DNA of 64,000 nucleotides from an uncultured Acidobacteriota bacterium (GTDB lineage Bacteria; Acidobacteriota; Thermoanaerobaculia; Gp7-AA8): NCBI GenBank assembly GCA_963822445.1, contig CAWGHO010000002.1, positions 352,001 to 416,000 of the forward strand, read 5' to 3'. Shown piece by piece: positions 60,322 to 64,000 of this stretch (position 1 is its first letter; each line of letters starts with the position of its first letter). The notes under the pieces were generated by a model. It saw only the letters and a program-made list of their open reading frames with translations, ran no database searches and was not told where the DNA came from. The position numbers and the translations under genes were made by a program.

Positions 60322-62907
60322 CTACGACTGTGGCTCACGACGACCGGACGGACCCCTCGCGAAGATGCGCGGGTCCTTGGTCGGGTTATAGGCGCCGTCG
60401 GGGGGCTTGACGCTCTCACAGTGCTTCCGGATGGCGGAGGTCACCGAGTCGTCGCTTTCCGTGATCGCCGGATCGTCGATGTCAATGTGGCCCATTTTGC
60501 AAGCCTGAACGACATCGAGGGCCAGGAATGAAGCGTGGAACTCCGACCATACGTCGGTGTAGACGTCGTGATTCTCGAAATTGTTTTCGATCCAAGCAAT
60601 GAGATCGTCGACGGCAGCGACGAGCTCCGGCGGCACGTTATCGGTACCGCCCCAAACGTCGTCCATCCACGGCCACATGAAAAGCGACAGCGCCGCGAAT
60701 GCCGCGCTCACGGAGGTCGGCCCGTCATCCGTGAAACGGGGAGGCGTTGTCAGGCTTGCCACGTGCTGGCACAAGCTGTTGATCGCCTTGTTCACATACT
60801 CCCGCCGCACGGAGCCTTCGAGGATCCGGCCATCCACCAGCGTCGCGAATGCGTGCACCGATGAAAGAAAGATTGGGCCGAGCTCGTCCGGCGTTTTCCC
60901 ATTGGGCTTGATCCCGTCCGCGCCGGCGACGAGCTGCCGCCCCAATCGGTCCATCACGAGGTCCTCCGCGCGCGAGTCCGGGTCGAGGTCGCGCAGGACG
61001 CGGTGTAAAACGCACAGGCCGCCGAAGGGCCAGTCATCCTCGCTGAACCTCAATTCTTCCTCTGGCTTCGCCGTCAACTCGGCAATCCACTGTCGGATCG
61101 CCTCTTCCTGTCCCGATTTCACGACAGCGAGCGCCGACGACTCAGAGCTTTCCTCGGACTCGACGCACGCTAGATAGGCAAAACAAGCGTGCCGCCAGCG
61201 CTCAAGGATCCTTTTCGGCCGTGTCGACGACAGCGGCCCGACGATTCGCCTGAGCGGACCGATTCGGTCGGCCCAGTGTTCAGCGAGCTCACGTTCGAGC
61301 TCACCAACATCCCGGAGGTGCGGACGCAGCCCCCGCAACGCGTAATACGTGTTGGCGACGCCGCCCTCACCCCACTTACGATCGCGACCCGACGATTCGA
61401 ATCCTTCGCGCTCGATCAGTGGCCGGCACGTCGCGTGGTAGGTGGCTCCCCATGGGCCTGCCGGGAATCGTTCATCGTAAACGAATTGGACGTTGCGACG
61501 GATTAGCCTGCTCCACAGGTCTCTGTTCCCCTCGATCCTTGCTGCCAGCACCTTTTCGAACCTCGTAAACTCGCGATCACGCCATGAACGTGGATCGTTG
61601 AGAAAGTCACATAGGTGCCTGACACTCTCCTCTGAATGAAGTCGCGGATGAATCGAAACTCTGTAGGACTCAGGGACGTCGCACTTTTCCTCCATCAACG
61701 AGACGTCGTTCCGCCAGCTTTCAGCGACCGACCAGTCATCATCGATAAGCTTCAAGAACGCGCGCTCGTTGCGCCGTCGAATACCCCGAACCAGAAGTTG
61801 GTCCTTACCCGACAGCGAGGATATGTGATAGCCGACGCTTGCCGATTTCCGGCTGAGCAGGCGTCGGAGACGGAGCGCCACGCGACGATCTTTGGTTGAG
61901 ATCTGGAAGAGGCCACTGCGATACCCGTCACCGTGTCGGAGCACAGTCCAGGGGCCCTTGGCCAAACCGCGAAGGAACGCGTCTTGCGCTGAGCGCGGCT
62001 CGCCCAATACCGAGTACGCGCTTCTCGCGAGCGATGCCATCGACTCGATACTCCCGGTCCCGCGCGCGCCTTGACCAAGAGAATACGCCACCGCCTTGTC
62101 CTCGAGCTCCCACTTTTCAACGTCGGCACGCAACGCGATCAGGAGCCCGAGTGTCGGCAAGGCACACAGAAACTTATGTGCACTAGCGGCATAAAGATGC
62201 GGGCCCTCGGCGCCGTGAAGTTGAAAACATTTACGAAGATCGATGTTACCGACCGCCTGAGCGCCGTCGATCACGACGATCGGCGGATCGGCACCTTCCC
62301 CGGCGATTGCGCTCAGCACATCCCACGGAAAAACGAAGCCCGTGTATCGATCGACATGACTGATGTAGATGACGTCCGGCCTCACGACCCGTACAGCCCG
62401 AGCAAACAGATCGGGGACTTGGCTGCTCTCGCTGTAAAGCAGGGCCTTCAGTTGTGCCACGAAAACCGGTCCATCCCAGATTTCGTCGATCGCCGTTATG
62501 ATTCCGGGATACTCGAAATCCGTAGTCAGCAGGGTCGGGTGCGTGGTGTTGGTACAATTCCGCGCACGATCCAGGGCAACGACTAGTGCACGCTGAATGG
62601 AGCGCGTCGTGCCCGAATGAATGGCGAGACCCAGCGGCTCGAAGGCGTCTTCCGACTGACGCCCTTCGGCGACATTCTTGAGCTCAGGCTGTGCTACGCG
62701 GCCCGGCAACAGTTTGCTTGCCAGCGCCACCAATACGGCGGCCTTCGCTTCCTCCCATGCACCCAGCCGCGCGAAATGACCCTCGATTTCACTGTCGTAA
62801 ACACAATAGGGTACATTGGTGACGCTGGCAAAATCGAAGAAGCGTCGCCAGTCGTTGGGCTTGTGCTGTGGCGGTCTTTCGGGTAACTGCAGTAGCTCGA
62901 TGCGCAC
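60322..62907 (-). CDS. Class V PLP-dependent enzyme fused to a ~400-aa helical (prenyltransferase/terpene-cyclase-like) domain
   Basis: TTDFEYP, SHVDRYTG, DGAQAVG, SAHKFLC, RVSIH; then FVYDERFPAGPWG, GVANTYYALRGL. Confidence 0.7.
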   Translation of the reverse strand: MRIELLQLPERPPQHKPNDWRRFFDFASVTNVPYCVYDSEIEGHFARLGAWEEAKAAVLVALASKLLPGRVAQPELKNVAEGRQSEDAFEPLGLAIHSGTTRSIQRALVVALDRARNCTNTTHPTLLTTDFEYPGIITAIDEIWDGPVFVAQLKALLYSESSQVPDLFARAVRVVRPDVIYISHVDRYTGFVFPWDVLSAIAGEGADPPIVVIDGAQAVGNIDLRKCFQLHGAEGPHLYAASAHKFLCALPTLGLLIALRADVEKWELEDKAVAYSLGQGARGTGSIESMASLARSAYSVLGEPRSAQDAFLRGLAKGPWTVLRHGDGYRSGLFQISTKDRRVALRLRRLLSRKSASVGYHISSLSGKDQLLVRGIRRRNERAFLKLIDDDWSVAESWRNDVSLMEEKCDVPESYRVSIHPRLHSEESVRHLCDFLNDPRSWRDREFTRFEKVLAARIEGNRDLWSRLIRRNVQFVYDERFPAGPWGATYHATCRPLIEREGFESSGRDRKWGEGGVANTYYALRGLRPHLRDVGELERELAEHWADRIGPLRRIVGPLSSTRPKRILERWRHACFAYLACVESEESSESSALAVVKSGQEEAIRQWIAELTAKPEEELRFSEDDWPFGGLCVLHRVLRDLDPDSRAEDLVMDRLGRQLVAGADGIKPNGKTPDELGPIFLSSVHAFATLVDGRILEGSVRREYVNKAINSLCQHVASLTTPPRFTDDGPTSVSAAFAALSLFMWPWMDDVWGGTDNVPPELVAAVDDLIAWIENNFENHDVYTDVWSEFHASFLALDVVQACKMGHIDIDDPAITESDDSVTSAIRKHCESVKPPDGAYNPTKDPRIFARGPSGRREPQS

Positions 62908-63902
62908 TACTTCTCCTTGCCCGGCAACGGTGCGAGGTTATAAGGGATTGCCGAATTGTCAGTGCCGTGAAAATTGACCGGCAGGGTGCCCAGCGAAGAC
63001 AGGTTCTTGACCTTCGTCGCCAATTGTCGAGGCGCCAGGTCGGCGTACGTCTCTAGAAATGAGACCGTTTCACTGGCGATCTTGTTGGGCTCCACGCTGC
63101 TTTGAATGGCAAAGGTCGTTTCGGCCTCGCGCTTGGCAGTCGCACTCCTGAGATCGGTCAGCGGCGTACATCCGTCGGAGAACAAAACGAGGCTTGCTTC
63201 GTCCAGCGGCCGGCTGATCCGATCCAGCTGTTTCACGGTGGCGGAGTATCCGGCGACGAAAAGAACCGCATCCGCATTGTCCAGAGGAACGGTGTCCTGC
63301 CAGAGCGGAACCGGGATGTTGAGCGACTGCGCCAGGAACGTTCTCAGTTCGTCAGCGTGATAGGAATGCTCGTCGCTTCCAACCTTCTCGGACGTCCAGA
63401 AGAACAGCGTGCGAAGTTTCGCCAGCCGCATCTTCATCACCACAAGTTCTGCCTGCTGGCGATTGTTGGGACACAGGCGAAAGATGTTGTCGTCGCCCAA
63501 AGCGCTGACATCCGGCGACAACAGCTTGTCGTTGCTCGCAACAATCACGAAGATCGGCCTCGTCGAGAGAGGACCCAGGATCTCGAGCGTCCGGCGCGCA
63601 TGCGGAGAGTCACACACTAGAACGAGAGACGTAACGTTCTGCCTGTTCAGATAAGAAAACAGCTCGCGGCGGAAGTGGTCTTTGTCGCTGGACTCCGAGC
63701 CTGGAGCTGCCAGCGGGATCGGTAGGAACGTCGGGAGACCCTCCGTCTCGGAGAAGTACTTACGCGCTGAGGCCCAGGGGCTGGCGGGAGCTGCTTCGGG
63801 ATCGAAGAATCTGCGCGCAATGTCCGCCCAACACTTGCGCGAGTAGGTTCCTGGCGGATCCCAGTTGCCGATCACGATCGTGCGGGCCGCTTGCTCGGTC
63901 AT
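62907..63902 (-). CDS. Type I periplasmic-binding-protein-fold protein without a signal peptide
   Basis: ASNDKL..NIFRLCPNNRQQAE, LFVAGY, LFSDG resemble LivJ-type binding proteins. Confidence 0.6.
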   Translation of the reverse strand: MTEQAARTIVIGNWDPPGTYSRKCWADIARRFFDPEAAPASPWASARKYFSETEGLPTFLPIPLAAPGSESSDKDHFRRELFSYLNRQNVTSLVLVCDSPHARRTLEILGPLSTRPIFVIVASNDKLLSPDVSALGDDNIFRLCPNNRQQAELVVMKMRLAKLRTLFFWTSEKVGSDEHSYHADELRTFLAQSLNIPVPLWQDTVPLDNADAVLFVAGYSATVKQLDRISRPLDEASLVLFSDGCTPLTDLRSATAKREAETTFAIQSSVEPNKIASETVSFLETYADLAPRQLATKVKNLSSLGTLPVNFHGTDNSAIPYNLAPLPGKEK

Positions 63903-64000
63903 CGGCGTCGTCCGTCGGGGGATGACGTTCGCCGGCCTACCGGACGAGGCATCGTCTCGAATCCACATGGCGAGATACGCACAACTTCCTCCCTCGACTC
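63899..64000 (-). CDS. 3' end of an upstream ORF entering from outside the window
   Basis: Frame open from 64000 to TGA 63901-63899, overlapping ATG 63902 (ATGA coupling). Confidence 0.4.
   Translation of the reverse strand, partial: ESREEVVRISPCGFETMPRPVGRRTSSPDGRRR

Larger units (their letters stand above)
59947..64000. mobile_element. Probable genomic island adjoining the tRNA-fMet 3' end; no integrase inside the window
   Basis: Visibly lower GC and different codon usage, orphan genes, 13-bp tRNA fragment repeated at 60125-60137. Confidence 0.55.

Noticed and set aside
59947-64000. Prophage or named defence system
   Set aside because: No integrase, phage structural gene or recognisable defence domain inside the window.

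Overview
GC-rich bacterial chromosomal window. Gene content, C-terminal motifs and paralog families suggest Acidobacteriota (Thermoanaerobaculia-like); this assignment is inference only. Most of the window is housekeeping, envelope and signalling genes: aceB-aceA with a divergent RamB/ScfR-type regulator, msrAB, an L,D-transpeptidase, MFS transporters, an MCP, a Ser/Thr kinase, an Omp85-peptidase fusion, two VWA lipoproteins, an ECF sigma/anti-sigma pair and tRNA-fMet. Two regions look lower in GC and accessory. (1) 14.7-21.2 kb is a Sec-signal Rhs polymorphic toxin, split by one extra base, whose C-terminal cargo is a Cys-rich HExxH zinc-metallopeptidase-like domain. The next gene is coupled to it and encodes a membrane-anchored TIMP/NTR-fold protein whose predicted mature N-terminus is Cys-X-Cys; an orphan Rhs-core remnant follows. 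This is the best candidate for an undescribed system, a metalloprotease toxin with TIMP-like immunity. (2) An island next to tRNA-fMet holds a coupled operon running off the window end: a signal-less solute-binding-fold protein and a class V PLP enzyme fused to a prenyltransferase/terpene-cyclase-like barrel. Other observations: a promoter-like motif shared by msrAB and the YHS-ECF operon, widespread leaderless and back-to-back promoters, an unannotated 36-aa ORF after aceA, several REP-like and short-tandem inverted repeats, and a deleted paralog remnant. All domain calls come from reading motifs by eye, not from database searches.
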